Below, piece by piece: positions 1-8,399 of a stretch of DNA of 32,000 bases. A model generated the notes under the pieces. The model worked only from the letters and a program-made list of their open reading frames with translations, did not search any database and had not been told where the DNA came from. The DNA comes from an uncultured archaeon (GTDB lineage: Archaea > Asgardarchaeota > Thorarchaeia > Thorarchaeales > Thorarchaeaceae): assembly GCA_964354495.1 (NCBI GenBank), contig CAYHAA010000001.1, positions 585,010-617,009 of the forward strand. Direction: 5' to 3'. The stretch's first letter is position 1, and each line of letters begins with the position of its first letter. The position numbers and the translations under genes are program-made.

Positions 1-140
1 CTGGTAAGGACATCTGCACATGGGTCACCCGGATCGACGAGGGAATTGGTCAGGCAGTTGACCCCGAAGTCAATATGACGATTCCCAAGTGTATGATGCG
101 GGGCGACGACTACTGCATCTATAGATATGAAAAGCAATAG
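1..140 (+). CDS. 3' end of a V4R / L-2-amino-thiazoline-4-carboxylate (ATC) hydrolase-like protein, truncated by the window edge
   Basis: Manual translation from position 3: GKDICTWVTRIDEGIGQAVDPEVNMTIPKCMMRGDDYCIYRYEKQ*, TAG at 138-140. The C..D..I and CMMxGDxxC pattern is typical of V4R/ATC-hydrolase folds. Not in the ORF track. Confidence 0.65.
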   Translation, partial: GKDICTWVTRIDEGIGQAVDPEVNMTIPKCMMRGDDYCIYRYEKQ

Positions 141-142
141 AA

Positions 143-820
143 GTGGATGAATTGACGAACAAGAGAAATATCATACTCCAGAGAACCCTTAAACTGTATG
201 TTGCCGCTTTGTCCGATGCTGCGGATGAAATTGGCTTGAATCAGGTCTGTATGGACCGCGGGATAGTTCCGCTTACAGAAAATAAGAGGATGGCTGGTTT
301 TGCAAGGACTGGAAAGATGGTGAGATCTCCAGTGAATCGTCCATACGACGAAGCTCAGTTGGACACATTCATGAGTCTGGTCACGCGAGCAGTCGATGGA
401 GACCTTATTACTATCGATATGTCCGGGGGCACCGATTGTTCAGCCTGGGGACAGGTTCTCACTCGCATCGGCAAACCGTTGGGAGTCCGTGGTGCCATTA
501 TAGATGGAACCTCCCGGGATATTGATGATATTGATAGAATGAACTTCACTGTCTTTGCGCGAGGTCGCCATCCTGGGACTATGCGTGGGCGAATGGATAT
601 GGAGTCTGTGCAGGAGCCCATTGTATGCGGAGGTGTCACTGTGCATCCTGGTGACCTAATCTTTGGAGACAGTGATGGCGTTGTAGTGATTCCTGCGGAC
701 CATATCGAAGACATTCTGGTTCATGCTGAGAATGTTGTGTCAACCGATAAATGGTGGGCAGAAAGACTCGATGAAGGAAGGGACCCACACGAGCTGCATA
801 AAGAAAGACCAATACCTTAG
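143..820 (+). CDS. RraA family / HMG-CHA aldolase-like protein
   Basis: LSDAAD, AWGQVLT, GAIIDGTSRD and VHPGDLIFGDSDGVVVIP are RraA-like/HMG aldolase motifs. Confidence 0.85.
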   Translation: MDELTNKRNIILQRTLKLYVAALSDAADEIGLNQVCMDRGIVPLTENKRMAGFARTGKMVRSPVNRPYDEAQLDTFMSLVTRAVDGDLITIDMSGGTDCSAWGQVLTRIGKPLGVRGAIIDGTSRDIDDIDRMNFTVFARGRHPGTMRGRMDMESVQEPIVCGGVTVHPGDLIFGDSDGVVVIPADHIEDILVHAENVVSTDKWWAERLDEGRDPHELHKERPIP

Positions 821-919
821 CCTTTTTCCGGTCAGGAGCATGGAGACCAAACCACAAGGCTTTAAGCTCGCAGATATTGAGCTGGGGTGGCCATAAACCA
901 AGGTGGAATAACAGGTCCA

Positions 920-1204
920 TTGGCGAAGAAACGTAAATCATCAGGTCGCGCAAAGGGAGGATCCGGCCATAAGGGTGCAGTCCAGTGCTCGAGATGTGGT
1001 CGTCTAGTCCCATCCGATAAGGCGAAGAAATTCACCAAAGCTGTCAGCGCTGTTGAGCCACAGATTGCACGAGAACTTCGGCAACAGGGTTCATACATTC
1101 CTGTGCACAGAGTAACATCATACTACTGTATCAGCTGTGCTGTACATTCCGGCAAGATGAATATCAGGGAACATAGCGAGAGAAAGACCGTTCCAAGTCG
1201 CTGA
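920..1204 (+). CDS. rps26e: 30S/40S ribosomal protein eS26 (S26e)
   Basis: KKRKSSGR..GGxG, VQCSRCGRLVPSDKAKK and YYCISCAVH form the eS26 Zn-ribbon signature. Likely TTG start at 920 after AGGTGG; the ORF track start is 887. Confidence 0.95.
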   Translation: MAKKRKSSGRAKGGSGHKGAVQCSRCGRLVPSDKAKKFTKAVSAVEPQIARELRQQGSYIPVHRVTSYYCISCAVHSGKMNIREHSERKTVPSR

Positions 1205-1212
1205 ATCACATC

Positions 1213-1280
1213 ACGATGAAGACCAACTACTCCCAGATTGAGGAATTCAGGTGAAGTGCCCGTATTAGGGGACCTACTGA
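1213..1280 (+). ncRNA. Candidate box C/D sRNA
   Basis: C-like ACGATGA 1213-1219, D'-like TTGA 1238-1241, C'-like GGTGAAG 1250-1256, D box CTGA 1277-1280, within a 113-bp intergenic gap. The terminal stem is weak. Confidence 0.3.
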
Positions 1281-1317
1281 ATATCTCTGTTGTGGCTAAC
1301 ACCGCATCTTGATGGAC

Positions 1318-2469
1318 TCATTTGTGAGCCTTCTTAGCTCTTGCCTTCTTCTTGTATACACCTTTCTTTGCCGCGTAGTCGTACATCTCGATTATCTTCT
1401 CGGGTGTTGAGTCAGGTTGGATGTTATGGGCAGGGGCAAGAATGTAGCCTCCATCGTGGGCGAGTGCAGCAAGCCTTGTATCTATCTCTTCTCTGAGATC
1501 CTCCATAGTACCGAGTTCTGCCATGGCACGCTGAAGGTCAATTCCACCGTGGAATGAGAGGCGGTTTCCATACTTGGCCTTAAGTGCACTCGATTCCATT
1601 CCGAAGGCAAGCGGCTGGATTGGGTTTAGGATGTCCACGCCTACCTCGATTAGATCATTGATTAGAGGCTCCACAGCGCCACAGCTATGATAGAATACCT
1701 TTACGTGGGGTGAACGTCTGTGTAACTCCCCATAGATCTTCTTATGTCGCGGCTTGATGAGCTCGCGATACATCTTGGGACTGATGATGAGACCGTTTTG
1801 ATGTCCAAGGTCATCTCCAACTTGAACTATGTCAAGATACTCTCCAACTTCATCCATGAGAACCCTGTTCATATCAAGCGCATACTTCATGCACTTGTCC
1901 ATCATGGCCTCAGCAAGTTTCCGATTCGTGGCCAAGTCGATTAGGAACTTGTCGAATCCTCTCATGTAGTGCTCGCAGATCTCGAAGACGCCCCATGGCC
2001 CTCCGACCATTCCAACCACAGCATATTCAGCTTCATCGTGGAGGTGTCTTGCCCACTCAACAACTCCCTTCATTCTTGAGGGGTCATCCGCATCGGGCAT
2101 TTCATAACTCTCTACCTCTTCGACCTCCGTGAACTGACCCCACGGATAGTAAGTGATTTCCCAATATGGTCCAAACCATTTCCCCCTGTATCCATACTCT
2201 GAATCAGTCGTTCCGTCGGGATAGGTCTTCATCTGGAAGCTCGATGCTGTGTTCATGTAGACCCTACGAAAGTCGACGTGAAGTCGACGCAGGAGTTCTT
2301 CCGAGGTTTTCCAGCTCGACATGATACCCCACTCTTGAGTTTCGGGAGATGTGATTCCAAGATGATCACGCAGTTTCTCATATGCTGCTGGAGTGGTCCA
2401 ATAGTCTAGAGGCACTCTGTCAGGTTCCTCGTGTTCTAATGCAGTCAGGACTCTTTCTCGCGATTTCAT
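1318..2469 (-). CDS. Uroporphyrinogen decarboxylase / MtaA-CmuA methyltransferase superfamily protein (not canonical HemE)
   Basis: RERVLTALEHEEPDRVP, MRGFDKFLIDL, GDDLGHQ, FYHSCG, FHGGID and GGYILAPAHNIQ motifs. Lacks the HemE MRQAGR motif. Confidence 0.85.
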   Translation of the reverse strand: MKSRERVLTALEHEEPDRVPLDYWTTPAAYEKLRDHLGITSPETQEWGIMSSWKTSEELLRRLHVDFRRVYMNTASSFQMKTYPDGTTDSEYGYRGKWFGPYWEITYYPWGQFTEVEEVESYEMPDADDPSRMKGVVEWARHLHDEAEYAVVGMVGGPWGVFEICEHYMRGFDKFLIDLATNRKLAEAMMDKCMKYALDMNRVLMDEVGEYLDIVQVGDDLGHQNGLIISPKMYRELIKPRHKKIYGELHRRSPHVKVFYHSCGAVEPLINDLIEVGVDILNPIQPLAFGMESSALKAKYGNRLSFHGGIDLQRAMAELGTMEDLREEIDTRLAALAHDGGYILAPAHNIQPDSTPEKIIEMYDYAAKKGVYKKKARAKKAHK

Positions 2470-2622
2470 GGCAGTATAATCTTATACACTCCAATATTAA
2501 AAACACTCTATAAGGTCAACTTTAAGAAAGGTTAATAGCGGGGCCCTCAATTGTGCCGGAACACGTCGCTATTCAGATGAAGCTATCGATGAAGTCAGCA
2601 TAGCATAATGGTGTGATAACAG

Positions 2623-4005
2623 ATGGTAGATGTAGCAAAGATTACTCGCCTTTTGACCGAGATAGTGTGTTCAGAGAGAGTCAGTGACCGGGATTTTGAC
2701 CTCATCCCCTATAGTAGGGACCTGAGCCCCGCAAGGCAGAAGCTACCCACACATGTGATCTTGCCGGAGAGCAGAGAAGAGATACAGGGCATCTTGAAGA
2801 TTGCCAATGAGGAGAATGTGCCAGTGTATGTCAGGGGTGGTGGCACTTCACACTGGGATGCATACCTTGCTCAAGAACCTGGCATTATGCTGGATATGAG
2901 CAGGATGAACAAGATCATCAATATTAACGAGCGCGATCTCGTCGTCACAGTTCAGCCAAACTGCACATGGGCGAAACTGGATAGAGAACTTCGAAAACAG
3001 GGCTTGACCTATCTCTGCAGCGAGGCCGGTGGTCCTGCTATGACAGTTGGAGGGTCAGTTATGAAGGCTGGTGCTGGACCGCATTCCACCGCGAAGTTCG
3101 GATGTCATGGAGATCAAGATGTAATCACACTTGAGATGGTGCTGCCTAATGGTGATATCATGCAGACCGGCTCTGCAGCATGGCCAGGTGCTGGAAAGTT
3201 CGAGAGGCAATGTCTCGGGCCTGACCTCGCTGGGATGTTCATTGGTGCGGAGGGAATCTTGGGAATATGCACTGAGCTCACTATGAGAATCCGCCCAGCA
3301 ACAGATCTTAAGGAACGACTGCTGGCTGTGATGCCATCACTTGATAGTGTGATAGAGTTCGGTCACTTCATCAATCGTAATATCGGCGACGAATATCTTC
3401 AGGGCATTTACCTGTGGGTTGACCCGAACGCTCCAGATGTCTTTACTCTCATGATGGATATCTTTGGCTATGAAGCTGAGATAATTGAACATAGAAAAAA
3501 GATGTTGATCGAGAAAGTCAGGAATCTGGGTGGGAAGCTTGGTGACAGCGCACCCGCTAATGACTATTTTGGCCATATTCTCACTGGACTGACTGACCTC
3601 TTTGTTACAGGGGTCTGGCACTTCTTTGGTGCTGGGACCCTCAGAATTGATGATATCAAGTTCGCGTATGATGTTTGGAAGACTGAGCTGCTCGAAAAGC
3701 GAGGCTATCGCAAGGCAGGTTTTGGTGGACAAGTCCTCCCACGACGTTGGCTTGCCTTCATGGTGACCAACTATAACGAGCCTGCAGAGTGGAATGAACT
3801 TGTCAAAATGACTCATGAGATTGATGAGATTATTCTTGCAGGGCCGGTCATACCATATGGCATTGGTGGACGCGATGGCCTTCGTGATATTGTTGCTTCT
3901 CATGATACAGGCTACTACCGACTCTTGAAGACCCTAAAACGAACGCTAGATCCCAAGAACATTCTGCAACGGGGAATATTCATACCTGAGGAGGATTTGC
4001 AATGA
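2623..4005 (+). CDS. FAD-binding oxidoreductase (GlcD / FAD-oxidase type 4 family)
   Basis: VRGGGTSH, TVGGSV, LEMVLPNGDI, GAEGILGI and C-terminal LDPKNIL motifs. Confidence 0.88.
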   Translation: MVDVAKITRLLTEIVCSERVSDRDFDLIPYSRDLSPARQKLPTHVILPESREEIQGILKIANEENVPVYVRGGGTSHWDAYLAQEPGIMLDMSRMNKIININERDLVVTVQPNCTWAKLDRELRKQGLTYLCSEAGGPAMTVGGSVMKAGAGPHSTAKFGCHGDQDVITLEMVLPNGDIMQTGSAAWPGAGKFERQCLGPDLAGMFIGAEGILGICTELTMRIRPATDLKERLLAVMPSLDSVIEFGHFINRNIGDEYLQGIYLWVDPNAPDVFTLMMDIFGYEAEIIEHRKKMLIEKVRNLGGKLGDSAPANDYFGHILTGLTDLFVTGVWHFFGAGTLRIDDIKFAYDVWKTELLEKRGYRKAGFGGQVLPRRWLAFMVTNYNEPAEWNELVKMTHEIDEIILAGPVIPYGIGGRDGLRDIVASHDTGYYRLLKTLKRTLDPKNILQRGIFIPEEDLQ

Positions 4006-5198
4006 GAATCAAGGAATTCCAGGACATGATCTATGCCTGTGGACGCTGCAACTACTGCAGAGGACAAGACTTCAACGAACGATGCCCTGAGATTTTCACT
4101 CAGATTTGGGAGTCCTCTACGGGTCGGGGAAGGATGGCAATCGCTCGTGGAATTCTTGAGGGAAAGCTCGACTACTCAGAGGAGCTGGCAGAGCGAATCT
4201 TTGGCTGTTTTATGTGCGGCCGCTGCAGGGAGGAATGCAAGAAGGCCGCTAAGATTGATATCATAGCAATTACGAAAGCCATGAGAGCTGATTTTATTGA
4301 GCAAAGGGTGAAAATACCTGAAGGCGGTTCAAGCATGGTCAGTACTGCTCTTTCGAGTGGTAATATCTTTGCAGACTCACCTGCAGCTCATGCGAAATGG
4401 GCGGATGGCCTTGAGTTTGTCAAAGGTTCTGGGACTCTCTTCTTTCCAGGCTGCCTTGCAAGCCACAGATTCAAAGAGAAGACGAACATACTTGTTCGAT
4501 TGTTGCAGGCCGCTGGCTACGCCCTTGACTTCTTGGGCGATGATCAGACATGTTGTGGAACTCCGCTCTGGATAACGGGGCAGACAACGGATGCCAAGAA
4601 GTGGGCCCAAGGCTACCTCAGGAAATTGAAGAAGCATGGTGTCAAAGAGATAATCACTCCTTGTCCGAGCTGCTTTAGAGCGTTTGACGAGGAATATCCT
4701 CACTTGCTCGGTATGGAGAAGTTCCCAATTCGGGTCCGGCATACAAGTGAGATACTTGAGGAGATTGTGGAGAAGAAGAAGCTGAAGTTCAAGGTGTCCA
4801 TCGATAAGCGTGTTACCTATCATGATCCCTGCGAGATCGGTCGTTACAGGGGTATCTACGAACCTGCCCGAAGAGTCATCAAAGCACTGCCCGGTGTCGA
4901 TTTTGTTGAGATGGAGAGAAACAGAGCAGATGCATTCTGCTGTGGCGGTGGAGGTGCTGTAAAGATCACGTATGAGCACCACTCCAATACTGTGGCAGAG
5001 GAGCGGATTCGGGACTTCGTCCGTAGTGGAGCTGAGGTCATGAGTACGGTCTGTCCAGCCTGTGAGATGAATCTCACCCATGGCATATATGCTGCAGACG
5101 TACAAGCTCGTGTCCTGGATGTCGCAGAGCTGATGGCAGTGGCTGCAGGAATCGTGGACAGAGAGATTCTAGAAACAGACTATTTCCCCGAGGATTAG
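4002..5198 (+). CDS. Fe-S oxidoreductase with CCG domains (GlcF/HdrD-like)
   Basis: CGRCNYC and CFMCGRCREEC 4Fe-4S motifs; CCG, CPSC, YHDPC, CCGGGG and CPAC CCG-domain motifs. Overlaps the upstream stop (ATGA), indicating translational coupling. Confidence 0.9.
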   Translation: MRIKEFQDMIYACGRCNYCRGQDFNERCPEIFTQIWESSTGRGRMAIARGILEGKLDYSEELAERIFGCFMCGRCREECKKAAKIDIIAITKAMRADFIEQRVKIPEGGSSMVSTALSSGNIFADSPAAHAKWADGLEFVKGSGTLFFPGCLASHRFKEKTNILVRLLQAAGYALDFLGDDQTCCGTPLWITGQTTDAKKWAQGYLRKLKKHGVKEIITPCPSCFRAFDEEYPHLLGMEKFPIRVRHTSEILEEIVEKKKLKFKVSIDKRVTYHDPCEIGRYRGIYEPARRVIKALPGVDFVEMERNRADAFCCGGGGAVKITYEHHSNTVAEERIRDFVRSGAEVMSTVCPACEMNLTHGIYAADVQARVLDVAELMAVAAGIVDREILETDYFPED

Positions 5199-5244
5199 AC
5201 GGATGGCTCGATAGTCTACTGAGTCTTGGGGATTCACTTTCTCC

Positions 5245-5535
5245 TTATCCCCCGACCGCAGCAATCATAAAGACAATAAGGTCGCCCTTTGAAACCTTCG
5301 TGTTGATACCTTCACGAGCAACCATGTTCATGCCATTTACGAACACAATAGTGTCTCTTCTTAGAATCCTCTCTTGTTTGTCATCAAGATAGACCTCAAA
5401 GCGACTGCCATATTCTTCGTGAAGCTCTTTAATCAGATCCTCTATCGTTGAGCCTTCTCTTGTGTCGAATAGGAATTTGTTATGCTCTGAGTTCTTTAGT
5501 CCTTTATTCATCAGCTTCACAAAGACTTCGGTCAC
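5245..5535 (-). CDS. MoaD/ThiS/SAMP ubiquitin-like sulfur carrier
   Basis: 96 aa beta-grasp pattern (STIEDLIKEL, VFVNG, GDLIVF) ending in a C-terminal GG. Confidence 0.9.
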   Translation of the reverse strand: MTEVFVKLMNKGLKNSEHNKFLFDTREGSTIEDLIKELHEEYGSRFEVYLDDKQERILRRDTIVFVNGMNMVAREGINTKVSKGDLIVFMIAAVGG

Positions 5536-5731
5536 TTCTTGAGTTCACCACTCAATATTCAAATAGATTAACTTTAAATTAAGTTTGTCGGAATGGTAGT
5601 CATTGGATTAAGCCCACCCATGCATCTGATGCGACTTAGGGCGGGCAGTCGCAGAAGTGTGTTGAAGAGACCTCTTCTGCTATTAGCCAAAAAGCATATG
5701 TGTCCTTAAGTTGGGCAGCAAAGGGCAATGA

Positions 5732-6538
5732 TTGAGTCCAAGAACATCAACGATGGGTGCGATTGACTTGTCAAATGCGAAAGAGCGTAGGACTCTTAGA
5801 GAATGGTTAATGGAAAACGCACGCGAAAATCCCGTCCACTATAGGGAGATTGCTGAGGCGCTGGATAGGGATCCTGCTTCTGTTTCTGCATCGCTATCTA
5901 TTGAAAAGGCACAGGCTCAAGTTGATGGACGCCCTGCATATTTCCAAAGAGTTGCACCAGGTCTCTATAGGTTTAATGACCTCTGCGAGGGAGCAATCAC
6001 AGAACAGCAGATAGATGAGGATCTCAGGGAGAAAGCGCGAGCCAGCAAATTGGCAACACGTGCAGAGATGAATCAGGCAATCGCCAACTTGGATTTGGAT
6101 GGGTTCAGAGAACTTGCCGCTATCATCCTCATAAACATTCGAGTGAACCGAGATGATGTCCAAGAACGTGAACGCTATAACAACACTATCGTGTTTACAG
6201 GCAGCTGGCTTGATGATGGTGGCAGAGCTCCAGTTGTGTTCTATGCGAAGAAGTGTGGCCTTGATGAACCAATTGGCAGAGAAACGATTCTGGAGATACG
6301 AGGAGCGCTTCCGGTCTATGGAGCGAATCAGGGTGTTCTGATCTCAAATGGCATCTGCACATCTGATGCAACCCATGAAGCAGTTCAGCCGAATCTCATA
6401 GTGCCACCTATTCATATCATGGATAAGGAAATAATCATGAATGTATTGTTTGAAAGCAGGACCGGTGTCAAGTCTAGCAAGGTCGAAATATTCCTCCTCG
6501 ACACAGATTTCTTCAAGGCATTGATGCCTGAGGAATGA
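5732..6538 (+). CDS. HARE-HTH plus Mrr-like restriction endonuclease-fold protein, probably catalytically degenerate
   Basis: N-terminal PVHYREIAE...YFQRVAPGLYRF (HARE-HTH-like). C-terminal AKK..IGRETILEIRGAL..GVLISNG..IHIMD..LDTDFF matches the Mrr_cat layout. Confidence 0.65.
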   Translation: MSPRTSTMGAIDLSNAKERRTLREWLMENARENPVHYREIAEALDRDPASVSASLSIEKAQAQVDGRPAYFQRVAPGLYRFNDLCEGAITEQQIDEDLREKARASKLATRAEMNQAIANLDLDGFRELAAIILINIRVNRDDVQERERYNNTIVFTGSWLDDGGRAPVVFYAKKCGLDEPIGRETILEIRGALPVYGANQGVLISNGICTSDATHEAVQPNLIVPPIHIMDKEIIMNVLFESRTGVKSSKVEIFLLDTDFFKALMPEE

Positions 6539-6773
6539 ATGGACCGTCAGTGTCCGTGATGTTGTGAGTTGCCTCGTTTCGACTCTCATTCTCAGGGGTT
6601 TTCTGACTTCAGGGATACACCCATCCATCAATCACGTTCTTCTGGTTAAATATCCAAGTTTAATATGAAAAAAAGTAAACCCCTCAACTTAAATATCAGG
6701 GTATACACTGGCAAGTGCATCACGATACGATTCTTTCTTGTCGTGAGAGAGAAAATAAAGGAGAACAACAAAA

Positions 6774-8306
6774 TTGAGTGAGGACAAACTCCTCTTTGTT
6801 AGAGAGTCGTCCGGCCTAGTTAAGGAAGTAGGCACGGGCTTTGCTCTCCTCCTCCCAATTGCACTAACCTTGGGCCCGTGGTTCCACTATTTTGGTCCAC
6901 AGGTATCAACTTGGTATCCTGGTGCGCATCTTGTTCCGATGTATGCACTGGGTGCAGGAATTGTCTTCTTTGAAGCCCTTGCACTCATGTGTCTGATGCT
7001 CGCCATGCCAAGATCTGGAGCATCTTACCACTTCACTGGAAGAGGTCTGAGCCCCATTTTTGGTGTCATGGAAGGTTGGAGAAGTGTAATCACGAACCCT
7101 GTCTTCAGGGGAACTGGAAGCTTTTTCGCAGTACAGATCTTTGCTGGTGGTCTTGCTGTCATTGGCGCCGCAACGGGCAATGCTGGCTTAGTCAGCTTTG
7201 CAGCGACCCTCAGCACAGACATCATCTGGCTCTTCACAGCTGCTGTGTTGATGATTCTAGTAGGATTCGTCTTCGCCTACCTTAGTGTCAAATGGTTAGG
7301 CTGGTACGTAATCATCATTGGACTCGTCAACATTTTGGCTCTGCTAGTAGCTGATCTTGTCATGCTTGGAACACCAATGAGTCAGGCGGTCTGGGAGAGC
7401 TCGATGGGCGCTGGAACTTGGGCTCCCATAGCTGCTTTCGACAACTCAGCCTATGTGAACTTCAACTTTGGCGCAGTCGGCGGAGCACTTCTAATTACTG
7501 TTGGTGGTATGTGGCCATATCTCATCATGCCTGTAGCTGGTGAGGTCTCACAGCCGAGCAGGAATATTCCACTGAGCAATGTTGGTGGGTGGGCAGGTAT
7601 TGCCGTCTTCTTCTTGCTCTCTGGTTTCGCAGTTGAATCATGCATGGGTGGATATCTGTACGGTGTCAACATGGTTGGTGGTGTGTTCCCTGGTTTCGGT
7701 AACTATGCCGCAGTCATTCTTGGTGCCAACCCACTTGCTTGGTTTGTGATATTATGTCCCATCTTTGCAAGTTTGGGCGACTCACCTAGCAACGCACTGT
7801 GGGTCACTCGACCAATGCACAGCATGGCCATGGACAGATTCTGTCCTGAAGCATTTGCTCGTGTCCATCCGAAATACCACGTACCACACATCACACTGTA
7901 CTTCTGGTTGATTCTTTCGGTTGGTACCGTCGCATATGCAACAACTCTGCAGTACTTCTTTGGTACAGCTCTTGCCTCGCTGATTGGAGTGGCGTATACA
8001 TACGTCTTCATCAGATGGCAGATGGCTTTGGCAGCAATTTCGTTGCCATACTACAGACCGACCCTATGGGAACGGAGTGGAGGCTGGAAAGTCCTCGGCA
8101 TTCCATTGGTTTCTCTAGGTGGTATCGTGTCTGGTGCCGCGTTCTTCTGGGCAATCATTGCATACGTGCCATCGCTACCCTTTGAGGTTGCGTTCACGAT
8201 TGCTGTGTATCTGATTGGTCAGATCGCCTACATGTACTATGGAGCAAAGAACAAGGCTAAGGGCATTGAGATGTCCGCCATCTTTGGTCAACTCCCACCA
8301 GAGTAG
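6774..8306 (+). CDS. APC family amino acid/polyamine permease
   Basis: LFVRESSGLVKE N-terminus, MPRSGASY, AGEVSQPSRNIP, FARVHPKYHVP; about 12 hydrophobic helices. Confidence 0.9.
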   Translation: MSEDKLLFVRESSGLVKEVGTGFALLLPIALTLGPWFHYFGPQVSTWYPGAHLVPMYALGAGIVFFEALALMCLMLAMPRSGASYHFTGRGLSPIFGVMEGWRSVITNPVFRGTGSFFAVQIFAGGLAVIGAATGNAGLVSFAATLSTDIIWLFTAAVLMILVGFVFAYLSVKWLGWYVIIIGLVNILALLVADLVMLGTPMSQAVWESSMGAGTWAPIAAFDNSAYVNFNFGAVGGALLITVGGMWPYLIMPVAGEVSQPSRNIPLSNVGGWAGIAVFFLLSGFAVESCMGGYLYGVNMVGGVFPGFGNYAAVILGANPLAWFVILCPIFASLGDSPSNALWVTRPMHSMAMDRFCPEAFARVHPKYHVPHITLYFWLILSVGTVAYATTLQYFFGTALASLIGVAYTYVFIRWQMALAAISLPYYRPTLWERSGGWKVLGIPLVSLGGIVSGAAFFWAIIAYVPSLPFEVAFTIAVYLIGQIAYMYYGAKNKAKGIEMSAIFGQLPPE

Positions 8307-8320
8307 AATCTAGATCGTAT

Positions 8321-8359
8321 GAAGAGAGCCGCAAGCTCTCTTCTTCCCTTTTCTTTTTC
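8321..8359 (+). terminator. Hairpin plus U-rich tract, putative terminator of the APC permease
   Basis: GAAGAGAGC-CGCAA-GCTCTCTTC (9-bp stem, 8321-8343) followed by TTCCCTTTTCTTTTTC, 15 nt after the stop codon. Confidence 0.6.
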
Positions 8360-8399
8360 AGTCTGCAGCTCACTAGAACTCTTCAGGCCCGGAGATTAT

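Noticed and set aside
887-919. N-terminal extensions given by the ORF track for eS26, and similarly for the phosphoesterase, NTase, DUF917-B and DUF99
   Set aside because: Downstream starts with Shine-Dalgarno-like motifs match the expected family N-termini better.
1318-2469. Calling this gene hemE
   Set aside because: It lacks the HemE MRQAGR substrate-binding motif and has FYHSCG, typical of the broader methyltransferase-like subfamily.
5626-5657. Hammerhead-like CTGATG-stem-G pattern
   Set aside because: The invariant core positions A9, A13 and A15.1 are not matched (CTGATGC...GCAG).
6541-6650. Several CTGA/TGATG motifs suggesting a second C/D sRNA or a ribozyme
   Set aside because: No consistent C, D', C', D order with plausible spacing on either strand.
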